Shown here: one piece after another, positions 13,184 to 25,648 of the stretch
Position numbering within the stretch: position 1 is the first letter of the stretch
Layout of the letters: every line of letters starts with the position of its first letter
Assembly (NCBI RefSeq): GCF_006345805.1
Contig: NC_043002.1
Coordinates: 14,198,001-14,262,000 of the forward strand
DNA from: Octopus sinensis
Taxonomy: Eukaryota
Length of the DNA: 64,000 bases
Direction: 5' to 3'
Position numbers and translations under genes: made by a program
Notes under the pieces: model-generated
What the model saw: only the letters and a program-made list of their open reading frames with translations
Database searches by the model: none
Told to the model about the DNA's origin: nothing

Positions 13184-14094
13184 ATGTCCAGAGCATGGAG
13201 ACGTGACGAGCTGGATTTATTTGTACGAGCATGGGAGTGCGCCGGCGGAGATAGCCCTAGGGAGGTGATTGCGGCTGCGCTGAAGAGCAGAGGCTACAAG
13301 AGGACAGCGGCTCAGATGGAGCGAAAGAGACAGGAATTCGTGCGCTCATATGCGCTTGTACGGTCGCACATTGGCGCACTTGATGCCATCTTTGAGAACG
13401 AGCGGAGCAAAGATGGCAAGAATGGAGACGATGAAAGAAGTCACCCCCACCTGGTGGACGCCCGGGAGGAGGTTTTGAATGAGAAACCTGCCCGGGAAGT
13501 GAACCCAGGTGCAAGTTCTCCAACCGGCAGCAAGGGCCATGGAGACGGAGAACCCGGTGAAGAGGTAGAGGGAGGAAGAAGAACTAAAAGAAGGACTGGA
13601 AGAGCTAAAGGAAAGAAAAAGCTCAAGCAGGACCAAAGAGTGAAACAACCAGAAATAGAAGTGGAACCGCAAAGGATGGAACCAAACAGCGCACACGGGT
13701 GTGTATGTTCTACCTGAGAGGTTCCTGCTGGCATGGAAAGGAAGGTGCAGGCTGCCGCTTTGCACATCGGGGACCCTGCCACAGAGACACGAGGCAGATG
13801 GACAAACCATCAACACAAAGAAAAGGGATGGACCACGCACCACCTGCCCCAAAGCGGAGGTACGCAGATGTTGTGCGCGCCACAAACAGCCAACATGATG
13901 TTGTCGAAAGAGCAGCTGCTGAGCAACAATCTTTTTTGTGCATGGCACAAAAGATTGTACAGCAGCTGACCTGGCTTCATCAAACCCAAGCCCGCAGGTG
14001 GGACTACCCACTATATACCAGACCACCACAGCAAACAGACACAGGATGGACACCGCCGGCAACAACGTACACCTCACCTCGATACTCCTACTGA
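13184..14094 (+). pseudogene. LINE ORF1 (one frameshift near 13699): Myb/SANT trihelix-like N-terminus and CCCH zinc finger
   Basis: WRRDELDLFVRAWE...IAAALKSRGYKRTAAQMERKRQEFVRSY, then CMFYLRGSCWHGKEGAGCRFAH (C-x7-C-x8-C-x3-H) in the -1 frame. Confidence 0.7.
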
Positions 14095-17019
14095 ACATCA
14101 GAGGACTGCAAACACTCAGTAACAGGACAAAGATCCCGTTCCTGAGAGACTTATGCATAACACTTACAGAAACGCACCTGAAACCGGACATAGCAGATGC
14201 GGAGTTACACATACCACAGTATGCTGTACTACGGACCGACAGGAAAGAAAGGAGTCATGGAGGTGTTGCTATGTACATCCGTGAGGACCTCACACCCCAG
14301 GTCCTCTTGTCATACTCAAACTCGGTGTGTGACACACTAATTGTACATATTAGGCAACTTGATGTAGTTGTGTGTGCTACATATCGCCCTCCAGATGCCC
14401 CAAGCCATGTGGGCAAGTTTGAAGACTGCCTTATAAAAATAGAAGAAATTCTAACCACATTAGAACAACACATAGGTGTGCTTCTTATGGGAGACTTCAA
14501 TCTGCCCAATGTCAGATGGCCCGAGGGCCTTTCTCTCCCAGGAATGACAAGATGTGAACGAGGACAGGCGAGGTCCCTCCTGAACCTCATCAACACCCTG
14601 TACATGGAGCAGGTAATACTCCAACCAACCAGGGCAGGAAACACACTGGATCTCTGCTTCACAAATGACATGGATCTCATCCATAATGTGAATGAAAGAC
14701 ACCGACACTACTCTCGGATCACAACATGATAGAGCTGACCATGTACGGGCCAAAAGAGAGCACGGACATGCAGCCTACAAGAAACCCTCAAAATCTTTCC
14801 AGCTTGAACTACCATAAGGCAAACTGGAAACAAATTGAGAAAGAGATCCTCAAACAAAACTGGCCTAAATGTCTCTCCTCGCCAGACATCGACGTGAAAC
14901 TTCAACAATTCATGTCTGTAATGCAAGCCATATGCTACAAATGTGTCCCAGAGAGAAAGGCCACTGTACACAAGAACAAAATCCCAGAGAGAGGAAAAAT
15001 TTAATGAGACGGCGTACGAAATTTTCAAATCGCCTAAACAACAGATTGAAAGCAGTGAAAAGTCCCGCCTAAAAATAAAACTGTTGGAAATCGAAAAATG
15101 TCTGCAACTCTCCCATGAAAAAGAAAGAGCAGACAGAGAAGCCTGGGCTATAGAAAACATAAAATCTAACCCCAGAGCTTTCTACAGGTATGCCAAAGAA
15201 ACAGCTACAGTGCACTGTAGAATAGGGCCACTCCTCGAAAAGGATGGCACACTTACAGGAAAACCAATGAGGGTAAGTGAAATACTGAATGAGCAATTCA
15301 AGAGTGTTTTCACTCCACCCCTTGGCATCTCCAAATCACCAATCCAACTGACTTTTTTACCACTGCAGATATAAAATCAGAGGCGGCGACGATAGATTAC
15401 ATCGATATAAAGGAAGAAGATGTAACCAAGGCTATAGATGAAATGAAAACAGACTCAGCTACTGGCCCCGATGGATTCCCGGCAATCCTCCTAAAAGCAT
15501 GTAAGAGAGTCCTAGCAAGACCACTGCAGTTCCTCTTTCAGAGCTTCCTTGCAGCTGGCAAACTTCCAGGAAAACTGAAGGAAGGTAAAATATGCCCCAT
15601 TCATAAAGGAGGTAGCAGAGCGGAAGCCAAGAACTATAGACCTATCTCTCTGACCTCACACATCAGCAAGGTCATGGAACGAATAGTCAGAAGGAAGCTG
15701 ATCACCTTCCTTGAAGAGAATGACTTGCTGCCCGACACCCAACATGGTTTCCGACCAGGGAGAAGCTGTTTAACTCAGCTCCTACAACACTATGACTGGG
15801 TGCTGAAACGGCTGCTCAACCACTCAAATGTGGAAGTGATATATCTCGACTTTGCAAAGGCCTTTGATAAAGTCGATCATGGAATGATATGTCACAAACT
15901 GCGTGATCTCAACATAGTTGGAAAACTGGGAGAATGGCTTCATGACTTTCTGAAGGATAGAAGTCAGGTGGTAGTAGCCAATGGGGCCACCTCCATTAAC
16001 ACACAAATAGTGAGCGGTGTTCCGCAGGGCACTGTTCTGGGACCACTACTGTTCATAATGGCCCTCTCAGACATGCCCTCAGCCACGCAGAGAGCCACGA
16101 TCACAAGTTATGCAGATGATACAAAAGTTTCACAGGCAATACAGAACCCTGAGGACACTAAACACCTGCAATGTGAGCTGGACGAAATATACAAGTGGGC
16201 TGAAAAGAATAGCATGCAGTTCAATGCTGGAAAGTTTCAAGCTTTATACTATCAGCATGCAAAACTGAATGCAATACCCAATGAATACACTGACCCGGAG
16301 GGATTGCAATCCCAGAGGCACAATCAGTGCGTGACCTGGGTATTCACATGAGTGATGACGCGACCTTTCATGTACATGTTGCTAAACTGACAATGAAATG
16401 TAGACGGCTGGCTGGATGGATTCTTAGAACCTTTAGAACAAGAGAACAAGAAACCATGATGGTCCTCTGGAAGACACTTGTCCTAAGCCACTTTGACTAT
16501 TGCTCTCAGCTATGGTCACCATCCAGTGTCAAGTTGATCACAGAACTTGAGGCGATCCAACGAAGCTACACAAAGAAGATAGCCTCTATGCAGAATGTAA
16601 GCTACTGGGAAAGACTCAAGAGATTAAAATTATATTCCCTGGAGCGTAGGCGGGAAAGATATGCCATAATATACATCTGGAAGATCCTGGAGGGAAGTGT
16701 CCTGAACTTTGGCATCGAGAGTTACGCAAATGCCAGAACTGGGCGCCACTGCGTGGTGCCTAGGACTCCAAACCTGCCATCAAGATGTAGGACAAGATTC
16801 TGTGATAGCCTGGGCTTCCGAGGCCCACAGCTCTTCAATATCCTCCCGAAGAACCTGAGAGACCTGCATGGGGTGGATACAGATGTCTTTAAAATGAAGC
16901 TGGATCTCTTCCTGTCAGGTGTCCCAGATGAACCAACTTCACGGCAGGAGGGGCAGATGAGGGCAGCTGCATCGAACTCTCTCATGCACCAAATAGCAGT
17001 TGCTAGAAAGCCTCCATGA
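13938..17019 (+). pseudogene. LINE ORF2, APE endonuclease plus reverse transcriptase, frameshifted (CR1-group/Proto2-like; clade uncertain)
   Basis: Endonuclease motifs LLNIRGL, LTETHL, MGDFN, TRAGNTLDL. RT motifs TGPDG, YRPISLTS, QHGFR, YLDFAKAFD, GVPQGTVLGP, YADDTK. C-terminal RGPQLFNILP...LDLFLSGVPDEP. Several frameshifts between 14.7 and 16.3 kb. Confidence 0.92.
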
Positions 17020-17111
17020 AGTGAAACCAAGTAGCAACACCAAATGGCGGTGCCCCAGCATGGCCACAGCTCATAAGCTGAAACTAGAATCAATCAATCA
17101 ATCAATCAATC

Positions 17112-17263
17112 TATATATATATTATATATATATATGTATATATATATATATTAGATATATATATATATGTATATATATAATAATTATTATAATATATATA
17201 TATATAATAATATATATATTATGTATATATATGTATATAATATATATATATGTATATATTATA

Positions 17264-17310
<47 letters not shown>

Positions 17311-17524
17311 GTATGTATTGTATATGTATGTATATGTATATCTATGTATTAGATAATATGTATATATATATATATGTATATATATATATGTATATATATA
17401 TATATGTATTATGTATGTATGTATATTGTATGTAGTATATATATATGCATGTATATATACATGTATGTATGTATATATATGCATTTATATATACTGTATG
17501 TATGTAATATATATGTATTATATA

Positions 17525-17567
<43 letters not shown>

Positions 17568-17593
17568 GTATATATATGTATGTATATGTATCT

Positions 17594-17631
<38 letters not shown>

Positions 17632-17734
17632 CTATATACATATAGATAGATATATTCATATATACAGACATATAGATGTATTCATATACGCATACACATA
17701 TATATTTATACACGCACACATACGTATGCATGCT

Positions 17735-17779
<45 letters not shown>

Positions 17780-17815
17780 GCATGTATGTATGTATATATG
17801 TATGCATGTATATAT
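17112..17815. repeat. (TA)n/(TATG)n/(CA)n low-complexity tract
   Basis: Visible dinucleotide and tetranucleotide composition. Confidence 0.95.
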
Positions 17816-18421
17816 GTACGTGTGTACGAGATGGAAATAAATGTTTTCAAAATATATCCAGAATATATTCCAGGAACTTCTAGAACAACGCAGATATTCT
17901 GTTTATATGATATCAAATTACCTCAAACCGAGAACTGGTGCAAAATATTATAAAATGATGTAAATAGAATGACACTTTAAAAATATATAACTTCTCTGTA
18001 TGATAATAAATAGACACAGTGCATATAATTCCACTGGACATTCCTTACGGTTATGATATAATCTGGTTTCTGTTTATGGAACATCGCAAATTATATGTAC
18101 ATAATTTCCATGCTCAGCCGTCTGTTGTTCTGCTGATGAAAGCAACAGAAGTGAGTGTATAATTTGCTGACAATTGGGACGCCATAAACACCGATCTACG
18201 ACCAGGGATGTACATAGAATATGCGTATTCAGTTTAATATACATAACTTGATTTACTGTTTTTATGCTTCTTTCTGTTCACAACAATTTATATTATACAA
18301 TTTAGATCTGAATTTGACGTATTTCTATATTATAAGCGCTTCGTACAGACGACAAGGTAACATTATCGCTATATTTTGAAAATAACATTTATATTTTCAG
18401 CTATATCTGATTTTAAAGTAG

Positions 18422-18817
18422 ATAGGCGCAGGAGTGGCTGTGTGTTAAGTAGCTTGTTTTCCAACCACATGGTACCGGGTTCAGTCCCACACCTTCTACT
18501 ATAGCCTCGGGCTGACCAAAGCCTTGTGAGTAGATTTGGTAGACGGAAACTGAAAGAAGCCCGTCGTATATATGTATATATATGTATATGTGTGTGTGCG
18601 TGTATGTTTGTGTTTGTCCCCCTAGCATTGCTTGACAACCGATGCTGGTGTGTTTATGTCCCCGTCAATTAGCGGTTCGGCAAAAGAAACCGATAGAATA
18701 AGTACTGGGCTTACAAAAAATAAGTCCGGGGTCGAGTTGCTCGATTAAAGGCGGTGCTCCAGCATGGCCGCAGTCAAATGACTGCAACAAGTAAAAGAGT
18801 AAAAAGAGTAAAGAGTA
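18422..18817 (+). mobile_element. SINE family B, small deletion in head
   Basis: High similarity to 8554-8975; tail (GTAAAAGA)n. Confidence 0.9.
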
Positions 18818-19529
18818 TATAGCATAAATCTTTAGACATACGACATATAAGTTTCATTGTGATGGCAGTCTATAATTTCTCATTGTTTTAATTTACTCTA
18901 CGCATCACACATTTGACTTGTGTCAGGCATTGTACCGCGGTCATGCTAGAGCACCGCCAAGAATTGTTTATTCGGAAAAAATCGGACCCGCAATTTATCT
19001 TTGAGTCTGGTGCTTATTCTCGTATCAGGACAATAGCCCCACTAGAACAATTGATGACCCCGCCAGAAATATTCCCCCTGATGACAGCTACCCCGCTTCG
19101 TTAGTTACTCAGTCTCCATTATATTAAGAAGTTTTAAATCACTATCTGTCGTCCTTGGGGGTTATAGTCCAGAGTGGTGTTGGTGGTGGTCGTAGGTGGG
19201 GGGTACATGGCCTAGACTAGCTTATTCTATAGCTAATTATTTTCCCGAAACCGCTGAATTAAGGGGATGTAATCAAAGCGTCTTCGGCTTTTAAGCCAAG
19301 ATATAAGAAAGCCAAAGATACCAAAGTATACTTATAAACCCATGCACTCGCACACAGACACAAATATACAACAGGTTCCCACACCATTTCTGTCTGACAA
19401 ATTCGCTGAGATTGAATTAATCGACCGGGAACTATAGTAGAATGCACTTGATCAATTCAAGGTGGAGTGGGACTGAACCAAACTCTTGCCGTTGCAAACA
19501 GGGCGCCCTAACCATACAGTCACACCTGA

Positions 19530-20640
19530 TCTTATTTACGAGAAAATTACAAGGAATGCATTAATCAAATTAGCTGCAGAGAAAGCATTGTTTATGCAGG
19601 CTCGTCTTTCCAGTTTACTGATTTCCTGAATTAGATTGACAGTATCATTGCAAGCTCCATAAATATTTAAAGAGAATATTAAATAGCCCTTATACGAGAA
19701 TGGCAGCTGGTTCGGTTGATACCCCATTTCTAGTCCAGGATTAAGCTGCATACAAGACAAACTACTAAATTCTTGCTGTACATACAATGTGTGTTCAAAA
19801 ATCATCCCCTTTACGGTTAACTTCAAGATATCTCACCACCAAGATATGTAAATACGATATGTAAACAAACGGCGGCGAGCTGGCAGAAACGTTAGCACGC
19901 CGGACAAAATACTTTGCAGTATTTCGTCTGCCGTTACGTTTTGAGTTCAAATTCCGCCGAGGTCGACTTTCCCTTTCATCCTTTCAGGGTCGATTAAATA
20001 AGTACCAGTTACGCACTGGGGTCGATAATTCGACTTAATCCGTTTGTCTGTCCTTGTTTGTCCTCTCTATGCTTAGCCCCTTGTTGGTAGTAAAGAAATA
20101 GGTATTTCGTTTCTCATTACGTTCTGAGTTCAAATTCCACTGAGGTCGACTTTGCCTTTCATCCTTTCGGGGTCGTTAAATTAAGTACCACTTATGAACT
20201 GGGGTCGATATAATCGACTTAATCCGTGTGTCTGTCCTTGTTTGTCCCTCTGTGTTTAGCCCGTTGTGGGCAGTAAAGAAATAAGATATGTAAATGACTT
20301 CACATAACTTAGGCGTTTCCTATCAACCTTTATAGGAGTTTAAGAAAGATTACAAACCGGTGACCTCAGCTTGACCCCACGAGTTTGTTTAGGAGTAGGG
20401 CAAGGTTGGTGGATTACTTCCGTCTTCTTTATGTTGATGGTGAAGCCAAAAGCTTTACATGCAGCAGAAAACCGGTCTAGAAGTTCCTGAGTTTCCTCTA
20501 AGGAGGTCGCTACTAGTACAGCACCATCTGCAAAAAGTAGATTACGAATAATACTGGCGCGTAGTAGTGTTCCTCGATTTTAGCTACTTAATTCTCCAAA
20601 TTTTGAATTTCTATTCGCGTATACAACAACCCATGCTGCT
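19530..20640 (-). pseudogene. Decayed RTE-clade LINE RT region, interrupted by a SINE C dimer
   Basis: Minus strand IIRNLLFADGAVLVATSLEETQELLDRFSAACKAFGFTINIKKTEVIHQP, then FTYLGGEIS resuming beyond the insertion. Confidence 0.8.
19871..20282 (+). mobile_element. SINE family C (Meta-domain-like), head-to-tail dimer
   Basis: Head GGCGGCGAGCTGGCAGAAACGTTAGC; central GTCGACTTTGCCTTTCATCCTTTCGGGGTCG...TAAGTACC resembles the MetaSINE domain as I recall it. TSD AAGATATGTAAAT at 19841-19853 and 20283-20295. Confidence 0.9.
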
Positions 20641-20687
20641 AACCAAAAGCTATAAAACAATTTTCTCAGCTTATTGAACTTCGTTAT

Positions 20688-21066
20688 ACTCTTTTACTCT
20701 TTTACTTGTTCCAGTCATTTGACTGTGGCCATGCTGGAGCACCGCCTTTAGTCGAGGAATTCGACCCAATGTAAACCTAGTACTTATTCTATAGGTCACT
20801 TTTGCCGAACCGCTAAGTTACGGAGACGTAAAAACACCACGATCGGTTGTCAAGCGACGTTGGGGGTGGGGAACTCAGACACAAAAAACACACACACACA
20901 TATATATATATACATATATACGACGGGCTTCTTTCAGTTTGCGTCTACCAAATCCGCTCACAAGGCTTTGGTCGGCCTGAGGCTATAGTAGAAGACACTT
21001 GCCCAAGGTTCCACGCACTGTGACTGAACCCGGAACCATGTGGTTGGTAAGGAAGCTACTTACCAC
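20688..21066 (-). mobile_element. SINE family B
   Basis: Reverse-complement match to family B body and tail; head slightly truncated. Confidence 0.88.
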
Positions 21067-21727
21067 AATACGCCAATAAATCACTATTGTTCCTGAAAGT
21101 TGTTTTTATACCTTGTACGAGCTGCTCGAATCTTACTGCCTTTCTACATTTTGATCCGTGTATCTTACTTTTACACACACACACATTTATATACGCACAC
21201 ATGAGCACACACGTGTATATATCGAAATTATATACCTGTATAAACATATTTGCATGTATGTGTATGTCAATGTTGGGTTTTGTTTTGCGTTTAACATTTC
21301 TATTTGAAAGCTTACACAATGAAAAACCGCTATATTCTAATATAACTGAAAAATTAATCAACACTATGTAATATATTATTCGTATGAAATGCAATATTCT
21401 GCCAATATCTGCATAAAGACACATTAAAGAAACAAACATCTGTATTTCCCATTATATCAAAACTGTATGTAGACGTTTGTATAAACGAGTATTGTAATCC
21501 TATCACACTTAATAAAGTATAGAACGGTATTATTAGGCTCCTAATTTGTTTTTAGGTATATACATACATTTGTCTGTGCATGTGTATGTATACATAAAAT
21601 ATATATATATATTATATATATATATATTATATATATATATATATACACATCCATACATATATCACCAGATAGATAGGCGAGCATAAGTGTGTACCTGCGC
21701 CGCTATATGTATATAATAATATTAAGA

Positions 21728-22493
21728 AATGGAACAAAAACGCAACAGAAGACATTAAACATTCGGACAGATACAGATAGACGACAGAAAAGCGGACTGG
21801 AAAAACAACAATTAGAAGGGCAGGTAAAAAAGACGGGTCATTCCTGGCCTTTGTTCCTCCTCTTTTCTTTTTATCGCTCCCACTTCTTTCTCAAATCCCT
21901 TGGCCATCTCCTTTCTTCACTCCCACTTTTGCTCCTCGTTTATCTCTCCTGTACCTTCTCCTTCGTTTCTGATTTCTTTTCTAATCCTTCAATTCCGCTG
22001 CTCCCTACATCTCTCTCCTTCTTTCACGTGACCGGTGTCCGGCCACCCATGATCTTTATTTCTTGGCCTGACTACCGACTGCCAACACCTCTTATGTCCA
22101 TCTATGTTTCTGCCTTTAGGCTTTCACTTCATAAACGCCAGCTCAATTTGATTCGTTCTAATTCTAAAGTCGCCTGTTGTTATATTCTTGTTTGTATTTT
22201 TAACTGTGTACCATGTTCTTCATTTTGGGTCTTCGTTGCCGTACACATTCGCTAGATTTTTTACAAAGGGGTGTAATGATCTTCGCTTAGACTTTTTTGG
22301 GGGCAACCAGATCGAACTGTCTCAAGTGTAACTGCCCGAAACAGTAAGGACTTCTGGCATACTAGAGTGAGGAAAGAAGGCTACGAACGACCCGTCATTT
22401 TTTGCCTGTTCTTCTAATTGTTGTTTCTCCTGTCCGCCTTTCTATCGTCTATCTGTCTGGAATTTTTATTGTCCTCTATTGCGTTTTTGTTCC

Positions 22494-22496
<3 letters not shown>
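21728..22496. mobile_element. Element bounded by about 115-135 bp inverted repeats (Penelope-like)
   Basis: 21728-21843 matches the reverse complement of 22385-22496, with roughly 15-20% mismatch. Half-HHR motif GGGCA...TGCCC GAAAC A GTA near 22311-22358. Confidence 0.55.
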
Positions 22497-22542
<46 letters not shown>

Positions 22543-22867
22543 GTATATATATATATATTTATATGCGCGTGTGTGTGTGAGTGTATGCGTGTGTACGCAT
22601 GAGTGTAGGCATATATAAATACGCATTTATAAATTTACTATTTACATATATAAGAACTTATATTCCAGTTTGGTTATGAAGGAACGAGTCGACATTCGTA
22701 GCCAATGCGTAACAAGGCAGAAATTTACCCGCCTACAACCTGATAACGCCTTTCACAGTCCAGTTCGTTTCCACACATATCAACGGTGTGGGAAAATTTG
22801 TTCTGAAAATAATTCAGCAGTGAAAGTTCTCTCCACGTCCGACTGCACACAAATGTGTTACTTATGA

Positions 22868-23520
22868 ATAAACACACGGTGCTCCGGTTAAAGTTCATAT
22901 TTTCGTTAAAAAGACAACACATTATATCCTATCCCAAAATAAAAGTATTTTGAAAATAAAAAAAAAAACCTAGATCATGGACGAGAGATACGTTATTACT
23001 CGAAGAAGTCGCTCCCATCTTCCACCACGGCCTCAAGACCTCTACGGAACCTGGCAAATGCATTCCTTAGTGTGTCCATCTTCGAATACATTTTATCCAC
23101 CAGCTCGGCCTTGGTATTACAATATATGCGGTTAGTGCTTATCTCCACGCCACTCCATATTCAGTAATGCATGAGATGAAAATCGGGGTAAATAGGAGGT
23201 AAAAAAATTGGGGTTGCTGCAGTCGTAGAAATTCTCCAACAATCACTTCTGACACTTTCCGTAAATATGGCAAAGAGCTGAATACTGCTACCACACATAT
23301 GGCCTTCCAGCATCAACCCTCTCCAAGCAGATATTTAACTAATCTACAATAGCTTCACATAATTGCCTGAATTGAACCTAAGACGCTGTTCAAAGATATG
23401 AGGATGAGGTATTGGTTGATGACACGGTCGGAACGCCTGCTGTGTTCCTTCCTACTCGACACGACTTCGTAACCATTATTTGCAGTTGTCCATCTCACGA
23501 CTTACAGCTTTTATAGTGTT
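22868..23520 (-). mobile_element. Tc1/mariner transposase 3' remnant
   Basis: Minus strand reads, with frameshifts, ENFYD...PDF..M.YWIWSGVE..TNRIYCNTKAELVDK...RNAFARFRRGLEAVVEDGSDFFE*, similar to the SPDLNP region and C-terminus. Confidence 0.75.
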
Positions 23521-23563
23521 CACAAAAGACATACACATACACACACGCACACCATATATATAT

Positions 23564-23595
<32 letters not shown>

Positions 23596-23755
23596 CTTAC
23601 ATACACATATATATATAAATATTTATTTATATATGCGTGGGTGAGTCTCTGTGTATATGTGTATGTCGTACGCTTTGCCAAACTCTGTAGCTCACAAATT
23701 TAGACATGCATTACGAAGAAGTGTAATATTAATATATATATATATAATATATATA

Positions 23756-23787
<32 letters not shown>

Positions 23788-23858
23788 GTAGTATGTAAGT
23801 ATTATATGTATGTATGTATGTAATATATATAATATATATATATTATATATATATATAT

Positions 23859-23911
<53 letters not shown>

Positions 23912-24602
23912 TGTGTGTATGTATATGTGAACATAGGCATCTGTCGTTTAGTTTTTCTAGAATTAATGGTAGAAAATTTTGTCATACACGATGTTGTTCT
24001 CTATAACACATTATTTCTATTTTCATGCATTGCTAAATATATTACAAATCCATGTTGCACCGTTCATGTCAATTATTCAGTCGGCGCCAAGGTATTCTCA
24101 GCAATTCGGTATTTCTCACGTAATGAAGTTCCTGCTGGATTTTTGCTCCATACATCCTGAAATCAATAAACTATTAGTTTAATAGACAAGCTGACTACTC
24201 GTTCATAAAATGATATAAGACTTTCGTAAAGCCGTCTTTAATGGGTAATAACCACTGCACAGTTATATATCATGTGAGGTACTTATTACTCTATTGGTAA
24301 ATATATACGATAATTAACATATTCAATATATTGGAGGAAATTATTTTTCACGTCATGTGCACTCCATAATCGTACGAACCCCTACACGCATATGCATATA
24401 TGTTTAACATGCACGTTTCTATATATGCATACATATGTGCTTATGAGTGCACTTTTGCATGTGTGTCTCTATCTATATCTGTATATGTGTATGAGCCTAT
24501 ATGTGAGTGTGTCTTTATGTGTACATTGTATATATGCATGTACATATATATATGTTTGTGTGTATGTGTATACATACATATATATATATATATGCACAAT
24601 AC

Positions 24603-24688
<86 letters not shown>

Positions 24689-25108
24689 GCTCTCATGTAC
24701 GTGTGATACACTTACTCGCATATACATATATTAATATTTATTTGTACGCGGAGTTGAACTGCGATCAATTTTATTTCAGTCAGAAAGATTAGGTAATGGT
24801 TTTTGTTGAGTACTTATCTTTTTACATGAAGAATAACGGTGACTGTAATTCCGAGGTGTTTTTTAGGAATCTAGGGCATTTGAGTTCATCTTGAGTTCAA
24901 ATAATATCATATAAGGTTGTTGAACGTGGTGTTACGTTGATTGAGTTCTGATGGAAAAATATTACAGAAGGTTTTACTGCTTAAATTTGGTGGTGTTCAG
25001 CTTTCAGTCAAACGTGTAAACATTTGCAGTCAGGTGTGTCTGTTGCACTCAGGTGTGTCAGCTTCAGTTCATGAAGTTGGAAATATTAGTCGTTCAGTAA
25101 ATGTTTAA

Positions 25109-25328
25109 CCCTCTAGCATTTAAACCGGCCACATCAAGCCAAAATATTCTACCTGCTTTATGTTCAAACTGGCCAGATGTGGCCCCTCACTCCTATTCTA
25201 CAACATCATTCTAAAATTTAAAACTTACCTTATAAAAACTTCAAAACTACAAGATAATGCATGATTAATTCAAAACAATAATAATAAATAAATGATACAT
25301 TAGACAGAATAATCTGAATGCTAAAGGG
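25109..25328. mobile_element. piggyBac-type MITE
   Basis: TTAA at 25105-25108 and 25329-25332; TIRs CCCTCTAGCATT / AATGCTAAAGGG (11/12 match). Confidence 0.85.
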
Positions 25329-25648
25329 TTAAATCAGATTAAAATTTCTTTCATGTTTGTTGAAAATTGTTTCTATTGGACAGGTGGATAGGTCAGTCGT
25401 GTTTATGAAGGTGCGTCAGGCTAAATCACACCGCAGGTTAAATCAGTAACATTTAGTGATTTTGCGCTTTACGTTTCAAAAACGAAGGTGTGCTGGAGAA
25501 AATGTTGATTGATCAGCAGATTATTTATATCATATAATTGTTGTTACTTAATTTATAATTTCACTTTTGTATACTGTCGAAATAAAGGTCGTACACTACG
25601 TTGTTAGAAATATTTCTTCTTTGATTTTTCAAGCTGGTTTGTACGCAA

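Larger units (their letters stand above)
13140..17111 (+). mobile_element. Near full-length non-LTR retrotransposon with (ATCA)n tail
   Basis: ORF1 plus ORF2, short 3' UTR GGCGGTGCCCCAGCATGGCCACAGCTCATAAGCTGAAAC, then (AATC)n to 17111. Confidence 0.9.

Noticed and set aside
13346-14680. Minus-strand ORFs of 288 and 141 aa over the LINE
   Set aside because: Antisense shadows of the LINE coding region with no independent motifs.
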